The notes under the pieces were generated by a model that made no database searches, was not told where the DNA came from, and saw only the letters and a program-made list of their open reading frames with translations. Position numbers and translations under genes: made by a program. A stretch of DNA of 37,298 bases from Promethearchaeota archaeon (lineage in GTDB: Archaea; Asgardarchaeota; Lokiarchaeia; Sigyniarchaeales; SOKP01), in contig JAEOTP010000028.1 in the NCBI GenBank assembly GCA_016839765.1, positions 1-37,298 of the forward strand. The letters run 5' to 3'. This document shows, piece after piece, positions 28,746 through 37,298 of the stretch (position 1 is the stretch's first letter; each line of letters starts with the position of its first letter).

Positions 28746-30164
28746 ATGAGTGGTATAGAAAAACAGATCATAAAATCAGTAATTTTAAGTTTATTTGATG
28801 AAGATGGACCTACACCTAAAATATACTGGCCCCAAGATATAGAAGAATCTGCTCGCTTATTGATTGCAATGAAAACAATCAGTCTTTTAATGGGGGATGC
28901 GGTATATCAAAATGGAACTGAGATTGATGGAGTTAACTATTTTGGTATATTACCTTTTCCTGATTTAAAAATGAATGGATTAACCTATTTTTTTTTAATA
29001 TCTGATCCAAAAGCACGCGGAAATGCAACAGCAGCAACCATTACAGTTTTAATTGATGAGAATAACAGGGTTTTTTTTTATGAAAATATGAAATATCTTA
29101 GAATGATTATAGATAAAGCAGCTTCAAGAGTTCAAACTTCAAAAAGTTTCGATGAGAATAAACAAATTATGGAAGATTTAAGACAAGAATTATTTGAATT
29201 TACTAATGAATTAAAAGATCCATTATCAATAAAACGACAATTAAAAATACTTTTTGTTGGACTGGATAGAGCTGGTAAAACAAGCTTTTTACATGGTGTT
29301 AAGAAGCGGTATTCTGAAATTATAAAAATTCTCCCTACTAAGGGTGTTGTTAGAACAGAAGAAAAATTATTTGAAGAGCAAAACTCTCAAATATCAATCT
29401 GGGATTTGGGTGGACAGCAAAAATATCGAGAAAAATTTCTTGAACAGGGTAAAATATATCTTTATAATGTAGATCTATTATTTTATTTTATTGATATACA
29501 AGATTCAAAAAGAATTAAAGAAGTTATTGATTTATTTAAAAAAATCTTAAACTCATTAAAGGAATTAGATGAATTTCCACCAATAGTGATATGTGTAAAT
29601 AAATTTGACCCAGATTTGAAAAAATCTAAAGAGATTAGGAAGAATTTAAAAATCCTTGAAGAAGAAATAATAAAGTGTTCAAGCGATTTCTTTTTTAAAA
29701 TATTTCATACTTCTGTCTTTGATCACTGGTCTTTAATTTCAGCTTATTCTTATGGGCTCTCACAACTTAGCCCCAATCGTGAATTATTTGAAAATCAATT
29801 AAAATTCTTGGCTAATAAGACAAAATCAGATGCATTATTATTACTAAATGACAACGGAATTATTTTATCAAACTACTCAAACGAGAAATCAAAAATTTCT
29901 GAAAAGGTTTTTGAAATATCCGCACCTCACTTCCAAACTCTCTATAAAACATTTAAAGAATTTAAATTGCTAAAACAAGACTTTATTGTATCTTCAGGAA
30001 TAACAGATGAAGAGAGAAAGATCATTTTTAAAAAAATTGATATAGATAAACATAATTTATATTTACTTCTTTTTATGGAGAAATTTGAAGGAATCGAAAA
30101 GATAGAAAAGCAATTACCAAAATTTACTAAAAATGTAAAAGAATTAATCCAAACTTATATCTAA
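28746..30164 (+). CDS. uDENN/longin, Arf/Rag-like small GTPase and roadblock-like fusion (paralogue of 20006-21505)
   Basis: VILSLFDEDGPTPKIYWP, DPKARG; GLDRAGKT, LPT, WDLGGQ, NKFD, TSV; LLLNDNGIILSNY. Confidence 0.87.
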   Translation: MSGIEKQIIKSVILSLFDEDGPTPKIYWPQDIEESARLLIAMKTISLLMGDAVYQNGTEIDGVNYFGILPFPDLKMNGLTYFFLISDPKARGNATAATITVLIDENNRVFFYENMKYLRMIIDKAASRVQTSKSFDENKQIMEDLRQELFEFTNELKDPLSIKRQLKILFVGLDRAGKTSFLHGVKKRYSEIIKILPTKGVVRTEEKLFEEQNSQISIWDLGGQQKYREKFLEQGKIYLYNVDLLFYFIDIQDSKRIKEVIDLFKKILNSLKELDEFPPIVICVNKFDPDLKKSKEIRKNLKILEEEIIKCSSDFFFKIFHTSVFDHWSLISAYSYGLSQLSPNRELFENQLKFLANKTKSDALLLLNDNGIILSNYSNEKSKISEKVFEISAPHFQTLYKTFKEFKLLKQDFIVSSGITDEERKIIFKKIDIDKHNLYLLLFMEKFEGIEKIEKQLPKFTKNVKELIQTYI

Positions 30165-30283
30165 AATTTAGGTTATACTCCTCTCACTTTTTATTTTAGA
30201 TTATTACAAAAAAGGAAAGTAAAGATTCTTAAGAAGATAATTTTATTATTTTGGTAATAAAAATAAATTATCTTCTATAGATC

Positions 30284-30925
30284 TTGATATACAAAATCTA
30301 TCTAATCGATGGGGATAATGGGATTTCCATACTAGAAACAACATTTAAGGAATTTCAGAAAGGAAAACTTGGAAACAATGTAATCCCTGGATTTTTCAAA
30401 GAGCTAAATCAAATTATTGATAATATTCAAGAAGCTATGGCTAAAGGGAAGAGAAGTGATGAAATGATAAGAATACTAGAATCTGAAGATTCCACAATAG
30501 TAATTTATTATCATCCTGCTTCTAGAATTCTTTTTTGCTCCATTTCTGATGCTGATGATAACACGGATAAATTAACCGAAGTTATTCATAAGATCGCGAA
30601 TAGATTTTGGAAAAAACATCAATCAGATATTAAAACATTTCGAACAACAACCGAGAAAAGTAGATTTCAAACTATTGGAACGGACATTGAGAATTTAACA
30701 CATGGAGGAAAAATTGCAGAAACTTTCCCAAACTTATTAATTGTTAAAAGTGTTTTAGAAAAAATTCTGTCTATGGGGATGATTAATGAATTTGACTTCA
30801 AAATAGCTGTAAAATGCACTGGAGATAATTCTCCCCTAAAGATTGCTAGATTTTTTAATAAAACAAGAACCGAAATTAATGAAGTCTTGAAAAAATTAGA
30901 AGAATTAGACATCATTAAAATATAA
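30284..30925 (+). CDS. Longin domain with C-terminal winged helix-turn-helix
   Basis: MIYKIYLIDGDNGISIL..VIPGFF is longin-like; SPLKIARFFNKTRTEINEVLKKLEELDII is wHTH-like. Confidence 0.75.
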   Translation: MIYKIYLIDGDNGISILETTFKEFQKGKLGNNVIPGFFKELNQIIDNIQEAMAKGKRSDEMIRILESEDSTIVIYYHPASRILFCSISDADDNTDKLTEVIHKIANRFWKKHQSDIKTFRTTTEKSRFQTIGTDIENLTHGGKIAETFPNLLIVKSVLEKILSMGMINEFDFKIAVKCTGDNSPLKIARFFNKTRTEINEVLKKLEELDIIKI

Positions 30926-31052
30926 GGTTTGCTTCAAACATTTTATTCAAACCATCGTAAATAATACATTTTCTACGTTAAATAGAAAAGAATAAAAACT
31001 TTCAATATTTATCCTAAATACAACTATTACTGCTAAATTAAGTGTTTGAATT

Positions 31053-31664
31053 ATGGAAACGGAAACTAACGAAAAATTTTATCCAACAATTAAATCACCA
31101 TCTAGAGAACATCATATTAGGAAAGGAACAGGATTCTCATTAACTGAAATTAAAGAGGCTGGAAAAACAATACAATTGCTACATGATTTAAATATTCCGG
31201 TTGATTATTTTAGGAAATCTACTCATAAGGATAATGTAGAAAAGTTAAAAAAGTTAAAAACTGAAAAAAAAAAAGATCAAAAAAAGAAACCCTATGTGTT
31301 TAAAGAAAAGAAACGTACACCATTTAAACCGAAAAAAGAAAAAGTCGTTAAAAAAACAATTAAAAAAGAAGTAGCTGTTAAAAAACCAACGCCTAAAAAG
31401 AAACCAAAGCCTATTAAGAAAGAAAAAATAAAAATTGAACCTAAAAAAGTTAAAAAAGAAAAGATTGAGCTAAAAGGCATGCCATTAACTTCATTAAGTG
31501 GGCTAGGACCAGCAACAGAGACAAAACTTCACGAATTAGGGGTTAATACAGTTGAAGATTTAACAAAAGAAGATCCTAAAGAACTTGCAGCGTTGATTAA
31601 GGGAGCTTCAGAAGAGAGACTCCTAAAGTGGATTGAAGAAGGAAAAGAACTAATCAAACAATAA
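31053..31664 (+). CDS. rpl13e: Ribosomal protein eL13 with Lys-rich linker and C-terminal helix-hairpin-helix domain
   Basis: PTIKSP..RKGTGFSLTEIKEAG..IPVDYFRKSTHKDNVEKL matches eL13; LSGLGPATETKLHELGVNTVEDL is an HhH motif. Confidence 0.85.
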   Translation: METETNEKFYPTIKSPSREHHIRKGTGFSLTEIKEAGKTIQLLHDLNIPVDYFRKSTHKDNVEKLKKLKTEKKKDQKKKPYVFKEKKRTPFKPKKEKVVKKTIKKEVAVKKPTPKKKPKPIKKEKIKIEPKKVKKEKIELKGMPLTSLSGLGPATETKLHELGVNTVEDLTKEDPKELAALIKGASEERLLKWIEEGKELIKQ

Positions 31665-31798
31665 AGCCATCAAACTCTTAAATTAATTTATTCAATTTAT
31701 GTTGAATAACTTCTTTTATCTTAATTTTCATTTTTATAAAGATTTTTAAAGTTTTAATATATTAGAAAAGTAAGTTTTTCTTAATTATACAAAACTTA

Positions 31799-32299
31799 GT
31801 GTTAAGCGTGGAATACAATTATTATATTTATGATAAACCTGAATGTAAATTGACCATAAACAAGATGCCCATTTGGTTTAGAGAAATTAAGTTTGAAGGA
31901 GATTACAATGAAGGAATTATCGTACTTCATTCTCAAAATGACTATGATGAAATTTGGGGTGCCGACGCCAAAATGGAGATTTTTTGGGAAAAAAAAGATC
32001 GCGCAAGTTTGTTTTATGCAAAAGAAATTCAAAAATCTATTGATATATATAATACTATTGGATTAGTTATTATTTCAAAAGAGAATACGTACGTAATGAG
32101 TCATAATTTTACTTTTTGGTATGGACGACGCTCAAAAATGATTAGAAAAAGATATTATAATGAAAAAAGTATCCATGGTATTCTTTATTGTGAAAATACT
32201 GAACGGTTGATTAATATACATACTACTATTGTTGACAAATTATATGAAAACTTTAAGCCATTCATTCTTAAATGTTATAATAATATTTTATGCCATTAA
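31799..32299 (+). CDS. Hypothetical protein
   Basis: 166-aa ORF with GTG start filling the gap; no recognised motif. Confidence 0.65.
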   Translation: MLSVEYNYYIYDKPECKLTINKMPIWFREIKFEGDYNEGIIVLHSQNDYDEIWGADAKMEIFWEKKDRASLFYAKEIQKSIDIYNTIGLVIISKENTYVMSHNFTFWYGRRSKMIRKRYYNEKSIHGILYCENTERLINIHTTIVDKLYENFKPFILKCYNNILCH

Positions 32300-32316
32300 C
32301 TATTCGTTAATTCAAA

Positions 32317-33069
32317 TTATTTATTCATTTTTTGAGCTAAAATAAAAAAGTTGTCTTTCTTATTTGGTCCTCCAAGTTTCTTAAACTCTCTGATTGCAAA
32401 TCCTTTTATAATCTTTTTAACTTCATTTTTAGAGAAAAAATGATAAAATCTATAATAGATTTTGTTATTAGTTGAAATTTTCCAAGAAACAAGTTTATCA
32501 CCGAAGCAATTTAGCCCTTTTTCCTTTTGCTTAATTCTATATTGATTGGAAAACACCCTTTTAATTAAATCTCTAATGAAATAAAATCGATATTTTTTTT
32601 GAAATTTTCTCCATAATGTAATACAACAATAACCACCTGGCTTTAAAATGTTATAAATTTGAGAGAAAAATTTATTTCTTTCTAAATTAGTGTGAATATG
32701 GTGGATGGTTGCTATTGAAAAAACATTATGAAATGATTTCGGTCTTATTGGTAAATAACAAATATCACTCAAAATTAATTGGGGGGTACTTTTCAATGCT
32801 CTAAAAGTTAACTCTAAATCTTTTGACCGTGAAGTAGCGATTTTTAAAAATTCATTAGAATTGTCAATTCCGATCAATTTTTGTGAAAAGGTGGAAAGAA
32901 TTTCAAAATGTCTTCCATTAGCGCACCCCAAATCCATCGTATTTCCAAAAAATTTATAATATTTGTTTTTTAGATGTAATATGAAATTTTCAAAATCTTT
33001 CCAGGGTTTTTTTCTCTTTAAATGATAATCTTTTGCAATTAAATTATATGTAGAATTCTTTAGAGCCAT
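32317..33069 (-). CDS. Class I SAM-dependent methyltransferase (Trm9/ALKBH8-like)
   Basis: MDLGCANGR, IGID, FSIATIHH, LKPGG and RFYHFF motifs. Confidence 0.85.
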   Translation of the reverse strand: MALKNSTYNLIAKDYHLKRKKPWKDFENFILHLKNKYYKFFGNTMDLGCANGRHFEILSTFSQKLIGIDNSNEFLKIATSRSKDLELTFRALKSTPQLILSDICYLPIRPKSFHNVFSIATIHHIHTNLERNKFFSQIYNILKPGGYCCITLWRKFQKKYRFYFIRDLIKRVFSNQYRIKQKEKGLNCFGDKLVSWKISTNNKIYYRFYHFFSKNEVKKIIKGFAIREFKKLGGPNKKDNFFILAQKMNK

Positions 33070-33186
33070 TTTATAAGAAATTATTAAACAATTTACATAT
33101 TTTATGATTAAGAAAATAAATAAAGTCTTTAAAATTTTAATTCATTAGCAGATATTAGATTTTATTTTACTATTTTTAGGAGCAAA

Positions 33187-34809
33187 ATGAAAAACATAAG
33201 TAAAATATTAACAGAATTAACAAATCAGCTTAAACCAGAAATTTTAGACTGTTATAATAAATGCCACACTTACATAAAAGACTTATATTCATATAAGAAC
33301 ATAGATGTTAGTAAAAAATTGTCTGATTTACCTAATAATTTAGTCGAACAAAGCATTTATGCTATAATTTCTGCGACTAATTCAGCTTTAAATACGATTG
33401 GAATTCCGTTTCAAGAATTAATCACTGAGGCTGAAATTTTTAATGGAGTGTTTAAAATTCAAAGAGAAAGATATTCAGATTATAATAGTTTCTTTGAATT
33501 AAGTTTAAAGCCGTATATTAATCAATACATCTTTAAAAGCGTTCTTGAATATCTAGTTGGGTTTGATGATAAAAAAATAAAAAATTTAGATTTGTTTGAT
33601 TTATTACCAAAAAATTTTCTAAAGAAAGTGAATAAAATAAAAAGGCAAAGCGAAAATTATTTAGAAGACAAAGAATACCTAAAAAAAATCATTGAAAAAC
33701 TTAATAAGTTTTATGATGCAACCAACTTTTCAATTAACCAAGAAAATTTAGAGGAACTAAGCAGAAAAATGCAAGAAGATTCGAGTGATGACATATTAAA
33801 ACAACTAGAAGAAGCAAAAAAAGAAAATATTGAATTTCTTAGTAAATCACCCTTATCAGACATGATAACAAACAATCAAGTTCAAATTGACAATACAAAT
33901 GAAGTTATTCAAAGTTTCACTAGTTTTCTTGATTATTTTGGTAATTTTCCTCAATTAAATCAAGATTTAATCGGTAATTTAAATATTAAGGTTAAAGACC
34001 TTATCAATTCTGCAGATAATCTTTTCTCTTTTCTTGATTTAGAAAATCTCTTTTATTTTCTAAGCATATTAAGAATATTAGGAAAACAACTACCTTTTAC
34101 TCAAGAGGAAATATTAAAAGCTTTAAATAATTTTGGAAGTGGAAAAGTATTTAGTACAGGAAAGTATCATAAACCAAATCCAATAAGTAACTTTTTTGGC
34201 CTATCTATTTTGTCTGAATTGGGCTTAATTAATCAAACAGAAGTAATAGATCCTTTAGATATTGAAATGTTTTTAGAAAATGAATTAAATAATTTTTTAC
34301 CGGAAAAAACATCTTTAAATTTTTTTACTGTATTATCCTTAAAAATTTTGGAAAGAAACGGTGGAATAATTATAGATAAATATAATTTAATTAAACCGTT
34401 AATAGAGTTAGACTTAATTAACTTAGAAGACAAAAACTTTCCTGTGGATATGTTATACCATATTGGGCTTTTAAAAATGATTGATAAAGATATAAATTTA
34501 AATATATTTAAAAATCCTTATAATACTGAAATTAAAAAGTTAATATCTCCAGCAGGACTCATAAATAATAATTTAACTGATACTGTTAGAGCATTATTGA
34601 TATATGATTTATTAGAATTAAGAATTGATGAATTTGCAACTATTAATACCTTACTTAATAATATAATTAGTTATTCTAACTTCTTTGAAGAAGTAGATTT
34701 TAAAGATTTTAATTGGATGAAAAATAAACTTGCTTTTAAAGTAGAACTTCGTATGCTTTTCTGGACTTTATTAGCTTTTTTACAATTTTCGGATTATTTA
34801 GTAGGATAA
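33187..34809 (+). CDS. Hypothetical helical protein (C-terminal half possibly an alpha/alpha toroid)
   Basis: 540-aa ORF with AGGAG site; repeated Leu-rich helices such as FYFLSILRILG and FFGLSILSELG. Confidence 0.75.
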   Translation: MKNISKILTELTNQLKPEILDCYNKCHTYIKDLYSYKNIDVSKKLSDLPNNLVEQSIYAIISATNSALNTIGIPFQELITEAEIFNGVFKIQRERYSDYNSFFELSLKPYINQYIFKSVLEYLVGFDDKKIKNLDLFDLLPKNFLKKVNKIKRQSENYLEDKEYLKKIIEKLNKFYDATNFSINQENLEELSRKMQEDSSDDILKQLEEAKKENIEFLSKSPLSDMITNNQVQIDNTNEVIQSFTSFLDYFGNFPQLNQDLIGNLNIKVKDLINSADNLFSFLDLENLFYFLSILRILGKQLPFTQEEILKALNNFGSGKVFSTGKYHKPNPISNFFGLSILSELGLINQTEVIDPLDIEMFLENELNNFLPEKTSLNFFTVLSLKILERNGGIIIDKYNLIKPLIELDLINLEDKNFPVDMLYHIGLLKMIDKDINLNIFKNPYNTEIKKLISPAGLINNNLTDTVRALLIYDLLELRIDEFATINTLLNNIISYSNFFEEVDFKDFNWMKNKLAFKVELRMLFWTLLAFLQFSDYLVG

Positions 34810-35408
34810 TTATTATTTAAAAGAAAATTTAAGAAATTTTTCACTGAAGGTTTAATTTTATTTTCATCGACTAAGGTGTTATACTTATTAATTATATCTT
34901 CATTCAATTCCATATCTTTTAAGGTATTATTTCCTAATTCTAAGTGTTTCTCAATATTAATAAGAGGAGAATCTCCGCCTATTCCGGGACAATATTCAAC
35001 TCCTTTATTACTATAAAATATATCTATTTCACTTTTATGTATTCTCTTAAAAGAAAAGGGAAAAGTTCGACAAAAGTTCGGACGTAAATTATAAATTTTA
35101 CATATTTTATTTTTAGTATCATAAAAATAACATTCTCCAGTCTTTTTCTTGAATAAACCTACAAAAGCGAACCCTTTTTGTGTTTTTATAGGAGATATTA
35201 CCATTTTTTTACGATCTTTTTCATTCAGCTCCGTTTCAAATACATAAAATGCTAATACGTAAATTAACTCATTAAGAGTTAGAGTTAATCCATCTTTAAT
35301 CCTTAATATATCACTAGAACTAATATTTACTATTGTATTACTATCTGTACAACAATTACCACATCTAATACATTCAAATCTAAAATCATGTGATATTTTC
35401 ATTTTCAA
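34794..35408 (-). CDS. YkgJ family (CxxCxxCC) cysteine-cluster protein
   Basis: FECIRCGNCC, CYFY, CKIYNLRPNFCRTFP and CPG motifs. Confidence 0.88.
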   Translation of the reverse strand: MKMKISHDFRFECIRCGNCCTDSNTIVNISSSDILRIKDGLTLTLNELIYVLAFYVFETELNEKDRKKMVISPIKTQKGFAFVGLFKKKTGECYFYDTKNKICKIYNLRPNFCRTFPFSFKRIHKSEIDIFYSNKGVEYCPGIGGDSPLINIEKHLELGNNTLKDMELNEDIINKYNTLVDENKIKPSVKNFLNFLLNNNYPTK

Positions 35409-35435
35409 AATATAAAAATAAAAAGTAAATATAAT

Positions 35436-37298
35436 TTAATTGGTTTTAGGAATAATGACTTTCTTTTGAATTAAAGATTCTAGGGCATCAATGATTTTCT
35501 CTTTATTATGCTCATGAACAGAATCAATAATGAAATCTAAATGAAATTCGCTCTTGTTTTTAGCTATCGAATAGATAACATTGAGAATTCTAGTTTCCAT
35601 GGTGCTTAACTCGCTTTCTTTTCTTATTTTTGCAACTGGTACTGGTTTATTAATTACAAATGGCTCTTTATAATATAGTTCAATATAATCATTGATAATT
35701 GGTGGTACTAAATCTTCAAATTGATCTAAAGAACCATCCCAATTTTCAATATGTTCACTCAACTGTAAAGTTAATCCCAGTGAAAGATGCATTATTTGCT
35801 CTTTTAATCTCTGTGATGCTTTTTCTTTAAGAACAAAAACGATCCGAAGATCTTCCTTATCGAATACTAAGCAGTAGAAATATTTGAAATCTAATTCTAA
35901 AATTCTTTCTTTTGGTTGTATTTTGGATTTAGATTCTTTTTTTTCATAATTTAAGCCTTTCCCTACAATTTCTTCTCCTATTGTCGTAATTGCTTGAATA
36001 AAACCAGAGAATAATTCTTTTTTATGTTTCTCAAGAATTGAATAACTCTTCGAGAAAAGGGGGATTCCACTAATTCTATTAATTACAACAATAGCTTGAA
36101 CATTAGAAAGATCTTTAAATCGTTGAGTTCTTGCGAGTAATTCAGATTCTTTTTTTCTTTTTCTTGGTAGAATCACATACGACCTCAAACTTAAAGCTCC
36201 CAATACTCCTATAATAGCAGTAGCAGCAATTATAATTACCAAAAATAGAATATTTGCTTCATTATTATTGGGTGGGGGATTAACTATATTAAATTGATAA
36301 AGTTCCACTTGTTCTTCGTATCCTGGAGCAGAAAATTCAAATTCCAACATATATGTTCCCGGTATATTGATAAAAACTGTACTAAATTCAATCTCATAAT
36401 AACCATCTGAAAGATCGTGAACAGTGTAATAACTTGGATTTGAGATATTAACAGTTACATATGCTCCAGGAATTCCTTCTTCATCAAAATCTGCATAATA
36501 ATAAAATTTAATCGTGCTATTTGCATTGATTACAATATGAGATTCTGAATCTAATCTCTGTAAGATAGTTTCTTCCCCTAAATTAATACTTAATGTTATG
36601 TTGCTAATCGTATACCCTGTTTTATTCATGTTAATAACTATAGTATATAATCCAAGAGCCCCCAAATCTCCCGTATCGAGAACGGCCTCATAGATTCCCA
36701 AGGCAGCTTGAGTCATATATCTAGTTCCCGAACTCCAGTTAAATATTACAATGGCATCAGATAAAGTAAAATTATTTTCAAAATCCCTTACAAATACTCG
36801 TAATGGGATTATATCACCAACCGATCCTCCTGTTATTAAATCTTCTTTTGCATCATCTGGTTTAAGAAGTGTAATATAACTCTCATGAATAACTGTAAAA
36901 TAGGATTTTAATCCACCTAATGAAGTTCCATTATTCCAAAATAGTGTAAAGTTATAAATACCGCCTGATGTGTTTAAAGAGGAAACACTAAATTCCGGAA
37001 AAATCACGGTTCCATTTGATTCAGGTACTTTTACTTCTTCATACCAAATATCTCCTTGTGGGTTGTATATAGTTAGATTTACAACGGTTTGATCCAATCC
37101 TGTCGGTATATCGTCTGAATAATTTATTTGTGTTTTTATCTTACCAAAATCTCCAGTATAAAATTCCATTGCGTCCCATTGTCCATTTTTAGAAATAAAT
37201 GTATTTTTATCTAGAATATAATTGGGTAAAATTGCCTTGAATTTCCACCAACCAGGGAATATAGCATGCGTTTTATTAATTTTGATATAATTATCTCC
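35436..37298 (-). CDS. Large single-pass surface protein (5'-truncated by the window): beta-rich ectodomain, TM, cytoplasmic longin and wHTH-like domains
   Basis: The frame is open from 37298 with no stop. Many N-x-S/T sequons and GxY beta motifs; TM ILFLVIIIAATAIIGVLGALSL followed by PRKRKK; longin-like AIVVINRISGIPLFSK..LFSGFIQAI. Confidence 0.85.
   Translation of the reverse strand, partial: GDNYIKINKTHAIFPGWWKFKAILPNYILDKNTFISKNGQWDAMEFYTGDFGKIKTQINYSDDIPTGLDQTVVNLTIYNPQGDIWYEEVKVPESNGTVIFPEFSVSSLNTSGGIYNFTLFWNNGTSLGGLKSYFTVIHESYITLLKPDDAKEDLITGGSVGDIIPLRVFVRDFENNFTLSDAIVIFNWSSGTRYMTQAALGIYEAVLDTGDLGALGLYTIVINMNKTGYTISNITLSINLGEETILQRLDSESHIVINANSTIKFYYYADFDEEGIPGAYVTVNISNPSYYTVHDLSDGYYEIEFSTVFINIPGTYMLEFEFSAPGYEEQVELYQFNIVNPPPNNNEANILFLVIIIAATAIIGVLGALSLRSYVILPRKRKKESELLARTQRFKDLSNVQAIVVINRISGIPLFSKSYSILEKHKKELFSGFIQAITTIGEEIVGKGLNYEKKESKSKIQPKERILELDFKYFYCLVFDKEDLRIVFVLKEKASQRLKEQIMHLSLGLTLQLSEHIENWDGSLDQFEDLVPPIINDYIELYYKEPFVINKPVPVAKIRKESELSTMETRILNVIYSIAKNKSEFHLDFIIDSVHEHNKEKIIDALESLIQKKVIIPKTN

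Noticed and set aside
839-34433. Short overlapping ORFs in the track (e.g. 839-1036, 1568-1861, 2219-2518, 2832-3029, 3273-3497, 9906-10172, 10296-10535, 12604-12819, 14601-14786, 16555-16737, 17549-17770, 18294-18506, 19343-19549, 20805-21074, 25169-25429, 30667-30915, 31292-31480, 31802-32032, 34233-34433)
   Set aside because: They are antisense or alternate-frame shadows of well-supported genes and show no recognisable motifs.

Overview
Very AT-rich, gene-dense archaeal chromosomal DNA. Its content points to an Asgard archaeon, most likely Lokiarchaeia (inferred from protein families, not a database search). About 33 protein genes are present; I found no rRNA, tRNA, CRISPR array or transposase. 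Housekeeping and metabolic genes (PEP synthase, MtrH-like methyltransferase, eL13, macro domain, nitroreductase, MFS transporter, serine hydrolase, archaeosortase, Trm9-like methyltransferase) are mixed with a dense set of eukaryote-like signalling genes. That set comprises six small-GTPase-domain proteins, several longin/uDENN and roadblock proteins, a ubiquitin-like protein next to a 7TM-RING protein, and a single-pass surface protein with a cytoplasmic longin domain. Main highlights: (1) uDENN domains fused to Rab-like or Rag/Arf-like GTPases; three keep a folliculin/SMCR8-type (A/R)RG arginine-finger loop and one paralogue has lost it. (2) A longin, degenerate-GTPase, helical-repeat and nitrilase fusion. 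(3) A ubiquitin precursor beside a candidate membrane RING E3. (4) An NrdD paralogue stripped of its catalytic residues. (5) A perfect 16-bp inverted repeat around a small orphan gene.
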